This document shows positions 45,389-57,308 of a stretch of DNA of 64,000 bases, piece after piece (the first letter of the stretch is position 1; the number at the start of each line of letters is the position of its first letter). The stretch is taken from contig OZ251573.1 of NCBI GenBank assembly GCA_965243545.1, forward strand, positions 74,510-138,509, in the 5' to 3' direction. This stretch comes from Spirochaetia bacterium (GTDB lineage: Bacteria; Spirochaetota; Spirochaetia; SZUA-6; Bin103). The notes beneath the pieces were generated by a model. That model had not been told where the DNA came from, did not search any database, and worked only from the letters and a program-made list of their open reading frames with translations. Made by a program: the position numbers and the translations under genes.

Positions 45389-46291
45389 ATGACGCCGACG
45401 GTCGCCGACCTGGAGATGCCGGCCGACGCCCTGGACACCGGCAGGGCAGCGGCCGTCTTCGAGGAGCACGGCTGCCTGGTGGTGCGCGGCCTGATGCGCG
45501 CGCACGCCGGCGCCCTGTACCGGGACATCATGGCCACGGTCGACGACGCGATCGCCGACCTGGACCGGGCGTGGAAGGTCCCCGAAGGGTGGGTGGCGCC
45601 GAACGGCAGCCTGTTCCTGCCGGCGCCCGCGCATTACGGCCGCGACAAGCAGATCATGGTGGCCGGCATCGACTACACCACCAGCGCCGCGTTCCTGGCC
45701 GCGGCGCTCGACCCGGCCGCCATCGACGTCGTGGAAGCGATCATCGGGCCGCAGATCGAGCTGTTCGGCCAGGGACAGGCGCTGGTCAAGGAGCCGGTCG
45801 GCGGCCATCCCAAGCACCTCCATCAGGATTCCGCCTACTTCGAGCACCGCTACGGCGGCCCGGTGGCGATCCTCAGCTACACCATCGACACCGATCTGCG
45901 CAACGGCGCGCTGCACGTGGCGCCCGGCAGCCATCGGCTGGGACAACTCGCGCACGTCGACACCTTCTCTCACCTGGGGCTGGACGAACGAGAGTGGCCG
46001 TGGGAGAAGGCGCTGCCGATCGAGGGCGCGGCCGGCGACTCGATCTTCTTCAACGTCAAGACCGTGCACGGCTCCAAGCCCAACTACGGGGACGCGCCGC
46101 GTCCCGTGTTCATCATTCGCTACCGCCACCCCGACGACTACGCGATCGTCCGCGCCACCCGGACCGAGGTGCGCGCCGAGGCCGAGAAGCAGGCGGCGGA
46201 AGCGACGCGCGCCGACGATCAGCGCGGGCTCATGGTGCGCGGCTTCCGCCACACCGACTCGAAGAGCGCCGTGCAGCGCGCGCGGGCGTGA
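45389..46291 (+). CDS. phytanoyl-CoA dioxygenase (PhyH) family Fe(II)/2-oxoglutarate oxygenase
   Basis: …HPKHLHQDSAYFEH… (the HxD facial triad) …ALHVAPGSHRLG… Start trimmed to ATG 45389. Confidence 0.8.
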   Translation: MTPTVADLEMPADALDTGRAAAVFEEHGCLVVRGLMRAHAGALYRDIMATVDDAIADLDRAWKVPEGWVAPNGSLFLPAPAHYGRDKQIMVAGIDYTTSAAFLAAALDPAAIDVVEAIIGPQIELFGQGQALVKEPVGGHPKHLHQDSAYFEHRYGGPVAILSYTIDTDLRNGALHVAPGSHRLGQLAHVDTFSHLGLDEREWPWEKALPIEGAAGDSIFFNVKTVHGSKPNYGDAPRPVFIIRYRHPDDYAIVRATRTEVRAEAEKQAAEATRADDQRGLMVRGFRHTDSKSAVQRARA

Positions 46292-46299
46292 GCGCGGCG

Positions 46300-47151
46300 A
46301 TGGGCCAGCGTCCCGACTCGTCCGAGCGTCCCACCGCGTCCGAGCGGTTCTTCTTCGACACCAACGGCTATCTGTTGCTGGAGGGCGTGCTCGACATCGG
46401 CCACGTCGCCCGGCTGCGCGCCGCGCTGGACGCGGCCGTCGAGCGGCGCCGCGCGCTGGCGCGCACCGGCAGCGAGGTGTTCCGCGCCACCCAGGAACTG
46501 GAGAACGGCGCGCGCATCTTCTACCTGCTGGCCGAGGACGAGCTGTTCCTGGACCTGATCGACCTGCCGGCGGTGATGCCGTACGTCACCGGGCTGCTCA
46601 ACGAGGCGCCGCACTTCCACGCCTCCGACGCGTTCCGGGAGCGCGGCCCCAGCGCTCACCCGCCCGGCTGGCACGTCGACGGCGCCGATGACGGCTACCG
46701 CCGGCTCGGTCCTTACGTCCCGCTCCTGCAGCTCAAAATCGCCTACTTCCTGTCTGACATGAGCGCCCCGGACCAGGGCAACCTGACCGTGGCGCCGGGG
46801 TCGCACCGCGCGCAGGTCCCGCCCGGCGAGCGCGACCTGCAGGGGTTCGAGTCGATGCCGAGCGCGGTGCAGCTCCGCTGCCCGCCGGGGTCGTGCGTGA
46901 TGTTCCACAACGCGCTCTGGCACACGCGCGGACCCGCGCGGCGCGCCGACGGCGAGCGGGTCATCCTCTATTACGCCTACGAGCACCCGTGGATGGCGGC
47001 GAGCCCGGAGCCGACCTCCTATCCGCCCAGTTTCTACGCGGCGCTGTCGCCTGCCCGCCGGCGGTTCTTCCACCCGGTGGTGCTGCCCAAGGCCCGCCGG
47101 GCGCTGCCAAGGCATGTGGCGGGACAGGCGCGGACTGACCATGTCAAGTAG
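46300..47151 (+). CDS. second phytanoyl-CoA dioxygenase (PhyH) family oxygenase, tandem paralog
   Basis: MGQRPDSSE…FFFDTNGYLLLEGVL…GWHVDGADD…VAPGSHRAQ…FHNALWHTRG. ATG 46300 is 8 nt after the preceding stop. Confidence 0.8.
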   Translation: MGQRPDSSERPTASERFFFDTNGYLLLEGVLDIGHVARLRAALDAAVERRRALARTGSEVFRATQELENGARIFYLLAEDELFLDLIDLPAVMPYVTGLLNEAPHFHASDAFRERGPSAHPPGWHVDGADDGYRRLGPYVPLLQLKIAYFLSDMSAPDQGNLTVAPGSHRAQVPPGERDLQGFESMPSAVQLRCPPGSCVMFHNALWHTRGPARRADGERVILYYAYEHPWMAASPEPTSYPPSFYAALSPARRRFFHPVVLPKARRALPRHVAGQARTDHVK

Positions 47152-47308
47152 CCGAAAACTGGAAGCGCACCTGCAGCATTTGGCGACCAGAGAGGACATC
47201 GAGAAGAGTGCGAGGAACACCATGAAATGGGTGGTCGGGATAATGATCACGTCGCTGATTGCGGCTGTGGCGGCTACGGCGGCCGTCATGGGTGCGGTGG
47301 TCAACTAA
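47141..47308 (+). CDS. small tail-anchored protein, minimal paralog of the hendecad-repeat protein at 6263-7150
   Basis: MSSSRKLEAHLQHLATREDIEKSARNTMKWVVGIMITSLIAAVAATAAVMGAVVN. Its C-terminus shares the T-x2-W-x2-G-x2-ITSL TM motif with …FNTLTWMIGLGFVVITSLTTVFALLA of the long repeat protein. It overlaps the PhyH-2 stop by 11 nt. Confidence 0.45.
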   Translation: MSSSRKLEAHLQHLATREDIEKSARNTMKWVVGIMITSLIAAVAATAAVMGAVVN

Positions 47309-47364
47309 CCCTGCAGGCGCGATGTGTAGTAGGTTTCCGCCGACTGGAATCTGAGGAGTGACAC

Positions 47365-48645
47365 GTGGCAAAGAACGCCCCGTCCGCCGCGGCGCAGGCC
47401 GCGCAGCAACCGGCGCCGCCGGCCGCACCGTTTCGCAGTAGCGCGATCCCGCTCATCGCCATGGCGCTGGCCGCGGCGGGGGTCGCGCTCGGCTACATAC
47501 TGACCCGCAACTTCTTTCAATACAACGTTCTGGGCGCGGCGTCCGGCTGCGCCGTGAGCGCTTACGTCGACTGCGACCGGGTCAGCTCGTCGCCGTTCGC
47601 GGCGATCGGGCCGGCGCCGATCTCGGCGTTCGGGATCGGCCTGCACGGCGCGGTGCTGGCGGCGCTGGCGGTCGCCCACTTCGGACGCGCCCGCGCCCGC
47701 GACGCGCTGGTCGGCGGCAGCGCGGCGCTGGCGCTGGCCGCCGCCGCAGTGTCGGTCGCGCTGGCGGTGATCTCGATCGCCGTGATCCGGGCGCTCTGCC
47801 TGTACTGCACGGCGCTGCAGATCGTGAACCTGGCGCTGGCCGGCGTCCTGACGTTCGGCTTGGCCGGCGGCGCCGCCGGCCGGTTGCGGCTGCGGCAGGC
47901 GCTCCCGGCGCTCGGCGGCCCGGCGCTCGGCGGCGGCGTTCTGGCCGCCGGCATCGGCGTGGTCGTGGCCGTCGTCGCCACGTTCGGCCTGTCGAGCGCC
48001 GCCGACCGGCAGCTGCTGGAGCGGCAGATACAAGAGGCGCGCGCGTCGCAACGGCTGGCCGACCGGTACCTGGACTTCACCCGCCACGAGTTCGACGCGA
48101 CCGGCAGCCCGCAGCTCGGCGATCCCGACGCGCCGATCACCCTGGTGGTCTTTGCCGACTACAACTGCCCGCACTGCCGCAACTTCGACCCGCCCATCTC
48201 GGAGATCGCGCGCGCCGACGCCAACGTGCGGCTGGTCTACAAGTTCTTCCCGCTCGACGGCACCTGCAACCGGTCGATACCGCGCGACCGCCGCTCCACG
48301 TCCTGCGCCGCCGCGGCGGCCGCCTACGTGGCGCACCAGGAAGGGAAGTTCTGGGAGTACAGCGAAACGCTGTTCGCCAACTTTCAGCGGTACGGGCCGA
48401 ACCGGCTGGTCGAGTACGCCGAGCGGGTCGGCCTGAGCGATCCCGAACGCGTGCGCGCCGCGCTCGACGACCGGACGGTGCGCGCCAAGATCGACGCCGA
48501 CGTCTCCGAGGCGCTCGCCGCCGGCCTGCGGGCGACGCCGACCATGTACGTCAACGGCCGGCAGTTCCTCACCGCCCGCGTGCCGCCCAACCGCGACCAG
48601 TTTTCGGTGATCCGCTTGATGCTCGCCGAGGAGGGCGGCCGCTGA
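47365..48645 (+). CDS. vitamin K epoxide reductase (VKOR) domain fused to DsbA-like thioredoxin domain (disulfide-bond formation)
   Basis: The N-terminal 5-TM VKOR has the CLYC active site. The C-terminal periplasmic Trx domain has CPHC (…VVFADYNCPHCRNF…). GTG 47365 is preceded by GAGGAG. Confidence 0.85.
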   Translation: MAKNAPSAAAQAAQQPAPPAAPFRSSAIPLIAMALAAAGVALGYILTRNFFQYNVLGAASGCAVSAYVDCDRVSSSPFAAIGPAPISAFGIGLHGAVLAALAVAHFGRARARDALVGGSAALALAAAAVSVALAVISIAVIRALCLYCTALQIVNLALAGVLTFGLAGGAAGRLRLRQALPALGGPALGGGVLAAGIGVVVAVVATFGLSSAADRQLLERQIQEARASQRLADRYLDFTRHEFDATGSPQLGDPDAPITLVVFADYNCPHCRNFDPPISEIARADANVRLVYKFFPLDGTCNRSIPRDRRSTSCAAAAAAYVAHQEGKFWEYSETLFANFQRYGPNRLVEYAERVGLSDPERVRAALDDRTVRAKIDADVSEALAAGLRATPTMYVNGRQFLTARVPPNRDQFSVIRLMLAEEGGR

Positions 48646-48646
48646 G

Positions 48647-49747
48647 GTGCGCGAGCGGGCCGATGCGGTCGCCGCGGCGCTGGCCGGCGCTGACGGCGGC
48701 GCCGGCGTCGACGCGCTGCTCTGCCTGCACGCCGAGTCGCTGCCGCGGCCGAACGTCCGGTATCTGAGCGGCTTTACCGGCAGCACGGCGGCGTTGCTGG
48801 TCGCTGGCGGCCACCGCGTGCTGATCACGGACGGGCGCTACCGGGAGCAGGCCGCCGCCGAGTGCCCGGACTGGGAGGTGGAGGTACTCCCGCCCGGCGG
48901 CGTCGACGTCGCGGCGATCGGCGAGTGCTGCCGGGCGCGCGGGTTCGCGCGCGTCGGCTACGAGCCGCACGGGATCACCGCCGGCAAGCTGGACCAGCTG
49001 CGCGCCGCTGACGGCGTTATGTTCGCGCCGGCCGGCGGGCTGGTGGAGGCGCTGCGCCGGCGCAAGGGGCCGGACGAGATCGCCGCCATCCGGGCTGCCG
49101 CCCGGATCGTCGACGCCGCCCTGGAAGCGACCGCCGGCGTGGCGCGCGCCGGCGCGTCCGAGCGCGACCTGGCGCTGGAGCTCGACGTGCAGATGCGGCG
49201 GCGCGGCGCGGAGGAGCCCGCCTTCACCACCATCGTCGCCTCCGGTCCGCGCAACGCCATACCGCACGCGCTCCCCTCCGACCGCCGGCTGGCCGCCGGC
49301 GATCTGGTGTGCATCGACTGCGGGGCCGTCGTGGACGGCTATCGCAGCGACCTGACGCGCGTCTGGGTGGTGGGCGAGCCGGACGCCGAGCAGCGGCGCG
49401 CGCACGCGGCGGTGCTCCGGGCGCATGACCGGGCGCTCGCCCTGGTGCGGCCGGGCGCGGGCGGCGACGAGATCAACGCCGCCGCCCGCGCGGCGCTTGC
49501 CGACGCCGGGATGGAAGACTGGTGGCGGCACGGCGTCGGCCACGGCGTCGGTCTGGAAATCCACGAAGCGCCGAGCCTGCGCGTCGGCGCCGGCGCCGAG
49601 CTGGCCGCCGGCGACGTGCTGACGATCGAACCGGGCGCCTACCGGCCCGGGTGGGGCGGGGTGCGGATCGAGGATCTGGTGCTGGTGACGGACACCGGCG
49701 CCCGCACGCTCAGCGCCGCCCCGGCCGATCTGCGGGTGATCGGCTGA
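48647..49747 (+). CDS. M24-family Xaa-Pro aminopeptidase/prolidase
   Basis: …DLVCIDCGAVVDGYRSDLTRVW…HGVGHGVGLEIHEAP…VLTIEPGAY…GVRIEDLVLVT (pita-bread metal ligands). GTG 48647 lies 1 nt after the VKOR stop. Confidence 0.85.
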   Translation: MRERADAVAAALAGADGGAGVDALLCLHAESLPRPNVRYLSGFTGSTAALLVAGGHRVLITDGRYREQAAAECPDWEVEVLPPGGVDVAAIGECCRARGFARVGYEPHGITAGKLDQLRAADGVMFAPAGGLVEALRRRKGPDEIAAIRAAARIVDAALEATAGVARAGASERDLALELDVQMRRRGAEEPAFTTIVASGPRNAIPHALPSDRRLAAGDLVCIDCGAVVDGYRSDLTRVWVVGEPDAEQRRAHAAVLRAHDRALALVRPGAGGDEINAAARAALADAGMEDWWRHGVGHGVGLEIHEAPSLRVGAGAELAAGDVLTIEPGAYRPGWGGVRIEDLVLVTDTGARTLSAAPADLRVIG

Positions 49748-49777
49748 GGCCAAGCTGCCCGCCCGGCCGGAGCGTGG

Positions 49778-50251
49778 TCAGGAAATGACGATCTGGACCC
49801 GGTGGCCGGACTCCTCGTCCTTGTAGTCCAGGACTTCGCACGGCTCGCCGGCCCGCAACGCCTCCCGAATGCGGTTGATGTCGACGCCGTGCTCGCCGAG
49901 CACCGCCGCCGCCGGCAGGTCGAACAGCGGAAGCGCGAACCGGGCGAGCTGCAACGGCAGCACCAGCGTGACCAGATGGCCGTCCGCGGTGGCAAGCGCG
50001 ATGCGCACCTGCAGCTCATCGGAGGAGGAGGCCGACGACGCGGCGACCGCCTCCGCCGTCGCCGCCGTCGGCGCGGAGCGCCCGGACGGCCCCCGCGAAC
50101 GGCCGGACGTCTCCTCGTCGCCGCCGAGCGCGGTGAGCAGGCGCGCCCCCTCGTCCGCCGTAATCGTGCCCTGCTCCACCATCCGCAGCACCTGCTGCCG
50201 CTCGTCGCTGAACATGCGCAGCAAATGCTGCCGCTCTTCACTCGAAGCCAT
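49778..50251 (-). CDS. hypothetical protein with duplicated SHOCT/DUF1707-like motif (EERQxLLRMFxDERQQVLRMVEQGTITADEGARLL)
   Basis: 157 aa. The N-terminal tandem motif resembles the G(K/T)I(T/S)xEE…LL oligomerisation helix of SHOCT/DUF1707 domains. There is an acidic/Ser-rich linker. The C-terminal 80 aa have no recognisable motif. Confidence 0.45.
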   Translation of the reverse strand: MASSEERQHLLRMFSDERQQVLRMVEQGTITADEGARLLTALGGDEETSGRSRGPSGRSAPTAATAEAVAASSASSSDELQVRIALATADGHLVTLVLPLQLARFALPLFDLPAAAVLGEHGVDINRIREALRAGEPCEVLDYKDEESGHRVQIVIS

Positions 50252-50777
50252 CGGTCACCCCCTGCGGCACAGTGTAGCGCGGAATGCGCCGGCTCGCCAA
50301 ACCGGGGCGCCGGCCGCTCGACGGCACCGCGCCGCTGCGCCGATAGTACTACCGTCATGGAACTGACGGAACTGATCGCCCGGGCGCCGTGGCGGGAAGC
50401 GGTCACCTACCGGGACAGCTGGCCGCACGAGTACGTGCTGCTGCGCAAGGACCGGCAGCGGGACCTGCTGGCGGCGGTCCGCGCCCGGATGCTGGCCGGA
50501 GAAGGGGTCACCGGCCAATTCTTCGGCTACGTCAAGCCGTACCTCTTCATCGGCGACTACAAGTACTGGTTCATGACTCCTCCCGATCGGATCGACCCCG
50601 ACGGGCAGGACGAAATCGTGTTGAACCGGGCCGCGCTCTACCGCGACCGGCGCGACTTCACCATCCAGCCGGGCGATACCGGCAAGCGGGAGGACTACCC
50701 GTCCGCCCCGGCCCGCGCGGGCGTGCTACACTCACCGCGCCGGCCCGCAGCCGAGCAAGAAGAAGGCAGGTAACACG

Positions 50778-51692
50778 ATGGCTCCACGGTCAAGCTGGAA
50801 GGCGTTTCTCAAGCTGAGCCTGGTCTCCGTGCCGGTGCGCGGCTTCACCGCGTCCAAGTCGGGCCGCGACGTCCGGTTGAATCAGCTCCACAAGGACTGC
50901 AACACGCGCGTCAAGTACCAGAAGGTGTGCCCGGAGCACGGCGAGTTGTCGTCCGACCAGATCGTCAAGGGGTACGAGCACAGCAAGGGCGAGTACGTGA
51001 TCATCGCCGATGACGAGCTGGAGAAGCTGCGCACGGAGAACGACCACTCGATCAGCATCGAGGGGTTCATCCCGCCGGACGCGGTCGACCCGGTCTATCA
51101 CGCCGGCCGCACCTACTACCTGGTTCCCGACGGCGCGCCGGGGCAGAAGCCGTACGCGCTGCTGCACCGGGGTATGCGCGAAAACGGCGTCCACGCGCTG
51201 GCGCACGTCGTGATCGGCGGGCGCGAGCAGATCGTGCTGCTGCGGCCGATCGGCGACCTGCTGGGGCTCACGGTGCTGTACCACCACGCCAAGGTGCAGT
51301 CGGCGGAGGCGCTGGGCGATGAGGTCGTCGGCGTGGAGGTGACCGACGAAGAGATGACGCTGGCCAACACCCTGATCGGCGCCTCCCGCATGGAGAAGTT
51401 CGATCTCTCCTCCTACGAGGACCGGTACCACGCCAGGCTGACCGAGCTGATCCGCATGAAGGTCGAAGGCCAGGAGGTGGTGCAGGCCGAGGACGCCGAG
51501 GAGCCCAAGATCATCAACCTGATGGACGCCCTGAAGAAGAGCGTTGCCGACGCGCAGAAGGCCGGCGCCGCCGAGGCGCCGCCGGATGCCGAGACGCCGG
51601 ACGCCGAAACGCCGGCCGCCAAGGCGTCGGGCCGGAAGATGGCGCCGAGCGCCCGCACGCGCCGGACCGGGACCAGGAAGAAGGCGGTGTAG
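50778..51692 (+). CDS. ku: Ku protein (non-homologous end-joining DNA-binding protein)
   Basis: MAPRSSWKAFLKLSLVSVPVRGFTASKS…VKGYEHSKGEYVII…YYLVPDG (bacterial Ku core). It has a Lys/Ala-rich C-terminal tail. Confidence 0.9.
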   Translation: MAPRSSWKAFLKLSLVSVPVRGFTASKSGRDVRLNQLHKDCNTRVKYQKVCPEHGELSSDQIVKGYEHSKGEYVIIADDELEKLRTENDHSISIEGFIPPDAVDPVYHAGRTYYLVPDGAPGQKPYALLHRGMRENGVHALAHVVIGGREQIVLLRPIGDLLGLTVLYHHAKVQSAEALGDEVVGVEVTDEEMTLANTLIGASRMEKFDLSSYEDRYHARLTELIRMKVEGQEVVQAEDAEEPKIINLMDALKKSVADAQKAGAAEAPPDAETPDAETPAAKASGRKMAPSARTRRTGTRKKAV

Positions 51693-51743
51693 GGCCGGCC
51701 GGAGGGTAGGGACCTGTCGGAGCTGCCGCGCCTTATCGCCCCG

Positions 51744-52613
51744 ATGCTCGCCGCCGCCGGCAAACCGTTCGACTCGGCCGACCACCTGTTCGAGATCAAG
51801 TGGGACGGGTTTCGCACCATGGCGCACGTCGAACACCGTTCGTTGCGGCTGGTGAGCCGGGGCGGGCGTGACGTGACCGGGCAGTACCCGGAGCTCGCGC
51901 CGCTGGCCGCGCTTCCGGACGGTAGCGTCGTCGATGGCGAGATCGTCATGCTGCGCGACGGCGTGCCCGACTTCGAGTCACTGCAACCGCGCGATCAGGC
52001 GCGCGGCGCGCGGCGCGCGGCGGCGCTGGCCGCGGAGCGTCCGGTGCGGTACATCGCCTTCGACCTGCTGTATCGGGATTACCGTCCGCTCATGGCGCAG
52101 CCGCTCCGCGCGCGCCGGGAACGGCTGCTGCGGATCGACCCCCCGGCGCCGATGGCGGTCTCGGACGCGATCCTCACCGGCGGGCGGCAGCTGTATGAGA
52201 GCGTCTGTTCGGCCGGCCTGGAAGGGATCATGGCCAAGCGCCTTGACAGCCCGTACCGGCCCGGCCGGCGGTCGGACGCCTGGATCAAAGTGAAGCGGCG
52301 GATGCGGGCGCTGTGCGCGATCGTCGGCTTCATGCCCGCCGAGGGAGGCGACATTCAGAGCGTCGCGGTGGCGATCGACCGCGGCGGCGTGCTCACCTAC
52401 GCCGGCCGGGTCGGCACCGGTTACAACGAGCGGGAGCGCCTGCAGCTGGCCCGGCGGGTGCGCGAGCGCGTCACCGGCCGGCCGCTGGTCGCCCTGCCGG
52501 CCGGCGCGGCCGGCGTGCGTCCCGGACTCTATTGCGAGGTGAGTTTCGTCGACCAGACGCGCGCCGGGGTGCTGCGGGCGCCGGTGTTCGAGCGGCTGAT
52601 CGAGGAGCCGTAG
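51744..52613 (+). CDS. ATP-dependent DNA ligase (minimal LigD-type ligase domain)
   Basis: HLFEIKWDGFR (motif I, KxDG) …IAFDLL…EGIMAKRLDSPY…WIKVKR (motifs IV-V). It is in the same frame as ku, separated only by ku's TAG. ATG 51744. Confidence 0.85.
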   Translation: MLAAAGKPFDSADHLFEIKWDGFRTMAHVEHRSLRLVSRGGRDVTGQYPELAPLAALPDGSVVDGEIVMLRDGVPDFESLQPRDQARGARRAAALAAERPVRYIAFDLLYRDYRPLMAQPLRARRERLLRIDPPAPMAVSDAILTGGRQLYESVCSAGLEGIMAKRLDSPYRPGRRSDAWIKVKRRMRALCAIVGFMPAEGGDIQSVAVAIDRGGVLTYAGRVGTGYNERERLQLARRVRERVTGRPLVALPAGAAGVRPGLYCEVSFVDQTRAGVLRAPVFERLIEEP

Positions 52614-52615
52614 CG

Positions 52616-53551
52616 GTGGCGGAGGAGGTCGTGACGCTGTTCAGCACCGAGCGGATCGCGCGGATACTCGACGTTCCGCCGGCCGAGGTGCGGCGCTGGG
52701 TGCGGAGCGGGCTGCTGCGGCCGGCGCGGATCGAACGGCGGTCGGCGTTGTTTGCCTTCAAGGACGTAGCCGCGTCGCGCGCGGTCGCGGCGCTGACCCG
52801 CGCCGGCGTCACGCCGCGGCGCATCGAGCGGTCGTTGCGGCAGATCGGGGAGTGGCTGCCGGACGCGCATGACCACCTCACCCGCCTGGAGGCCGGCGGC
52901 CGGGCCGGCGGCAAGGCCGGCCGCGGCGTGCGGGTGCGGCTCCGCTCCGGCCAGGCGGCCGACCCGTCCGGTCAGCTGCTGATGGAGCTGACCGGCGCGG
53001 CCGGGCCCGCCCGGCCGGCGGCGGCGCGCATCGTGACGCTCTACCCGGCGGCCGGCGGCGCGCCGGGCGAGGGACCGGACGCGGACAGCGCGGAGGCGTG
53101 GTTCGACGCCGGCGTGCGCGCCGAGGAGGCCGGGGCGCACGAACAGGCCGTGACCGCCTACCGGCGGGCGGTGGCGCTCGGCGCCGCCTCGGCGGAGGTC
53201 GACTTCAACCTGGGCAACGCGCTGTACGCGCTCGGCCGCTCGGCGGACGCCGCCGCCAGCTACGTGCGCGCCGTCGCCCGGGAGCCCGGCTACGTCGAGG
53301 CGTGGAACAACCTGGGCAACGCGCTGATCGACGCCGGCCGCGCGGCCGAAGCGATCGACGCCTACCGCCGCGCGGTCGCCCTGGACCCGCACTACGCTGA
53401 CGCGCACAGCAATCTGGCCCAGGCGTTGACGCAGGCCGGCCGCACCGCCGAAGCGCGGCGCCACCGGCAGGCGTACCTGCGCGAAGCGCAGCAGGACGTC
53501 CGCCTGTCCCGCTGGCAGCTGCTGCGCCGCCAACCCCCGGAGCTCCCGTGA
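52616..53551 (+). CDS. MerR-type HTH protein with C-terminal TPR repeats
   Basis: LFSTERIARILDVPPAEVRRWVRSGLL (MerR-like HTH), then AYRRAVAL…NLGNALYALGR…AYVRAVAREPGYVEAWNNLGNAL…AYRRAVALDPHYADAHSNLAQAL (three or more TPR units). It has a probable GTG start just after the ligase stop. The coordinate is approximate to within 1-3 nt. Confidence 0.55.
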   Translation: MAEEVVTLFSTERIARILDVPPAEVRRWVRSGLLRPARIERRSALFAFKDVAASRAVAALTRAGVTPRRIERSLRQIGEWLPDAHDHLTRLEAGGRAGGKAGRGVRVRLRSGQAADPSGQLLMELTGAAGPARPAAARIVTLYPAAGGAPGEGPDADSAEAWFDAGVRAEEAGAHEQAVTAYRRAVALGAASAEVDFNLGNALYALGRSADAAASYVRAVAREPGYVEAWNNLGNALIDAGRAAEAIDAYRRAVALDPHYADAHSNLAQALTQAGRTAEARRHRQAYLREAQQDVRLSRWQLLRRQPPELP

Positions 53552-54444
53552 AGCGCCGGCCCGGGTCGAACCGGCGGCCAAGGTGAGCCGGCGGCCAGGG
53601 GTGAAGCGGCGCCGAGGGCTGCTGGTCACCGATCTGGACGGCACGCTGCTCGGCCCCGACCGGCGGCTGCGCGACGGCGACCGCGCGGCCCTCAGCCGGC
53701 TGGGGCGCGACGGCTGGCGCCGCGCCATCGCCACCGGCCGCAGCCTCCATTCGTTCGGCCTGGTCGCCGGCCAGCGGTTCCCGGTCGATTACGTGGTGTT
53801 CTCGTCGGGGGCCGGCGTCTACGACGTGCGTGACCGCCGCCTGCTCCGCGCGCACGCGCTCACCGGCAGCCAGGCGGCCGGCGCGGCGCGCGTGCTGCGC
53901 GCCCTGGACGTCGACTTCATGGCGCACCGGCCGATCCCGGACAACCATCACTTCCGGTACCGGCGCAGCGGGCGGCCGAACCCGGACTTCGACGTGCGGA
54001 TCGACCGTTACCGCCGGTTCGGCGCGCCGCTGGCCGGCGATCCGGGGCCGAGCGCGCAGCTGCTGGCGGTGGTGCCGGTCGACCGCGCGGCGCCGTCCAG
54101 CGAGCAGGTGGCCGACCTGCTGCCGGACCTCACCGTGATCCGCACCACCTCGCCGCTCGACCATCGTTCGACCTGGATCGAGATCTTCCCGCGCCAGGTC
54201 TCCAAGAGCCAGGCGGCGGCGTGGCTGGCCGCCCGCCACGGCATCCCGCGCGGCCGGGTCTGCGCGGTCGGCAACGACTACAACGACGGCGACCTGCTGG
54301 CCTGGGCCGGCCGCAGCTACGTGGTCGCCAACGCCGCGCCGGAACTCCGCGCGCGCTACGACGTGGTCGCCGCCGCCGGCGGTTGCGGCGTGGCCGAGGC
54401 GATCGGCCGCTGGCGTGGGTGCGGGCGGCGGGACGGCGCGCGTC

Positions 54445-57288
<2,844 letters not shown>

Positions 57289-57308
57289 CGAACCTGCCGG
57301 TGCGGCGC

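Noticed and set aside
51690-51746. Ku-ligase as a single readthrough fusion protein
   Set aside because: A canonical TAG separates them, and the ligase has its own ATG 17 residues before KxDG. I report it as an observation only.
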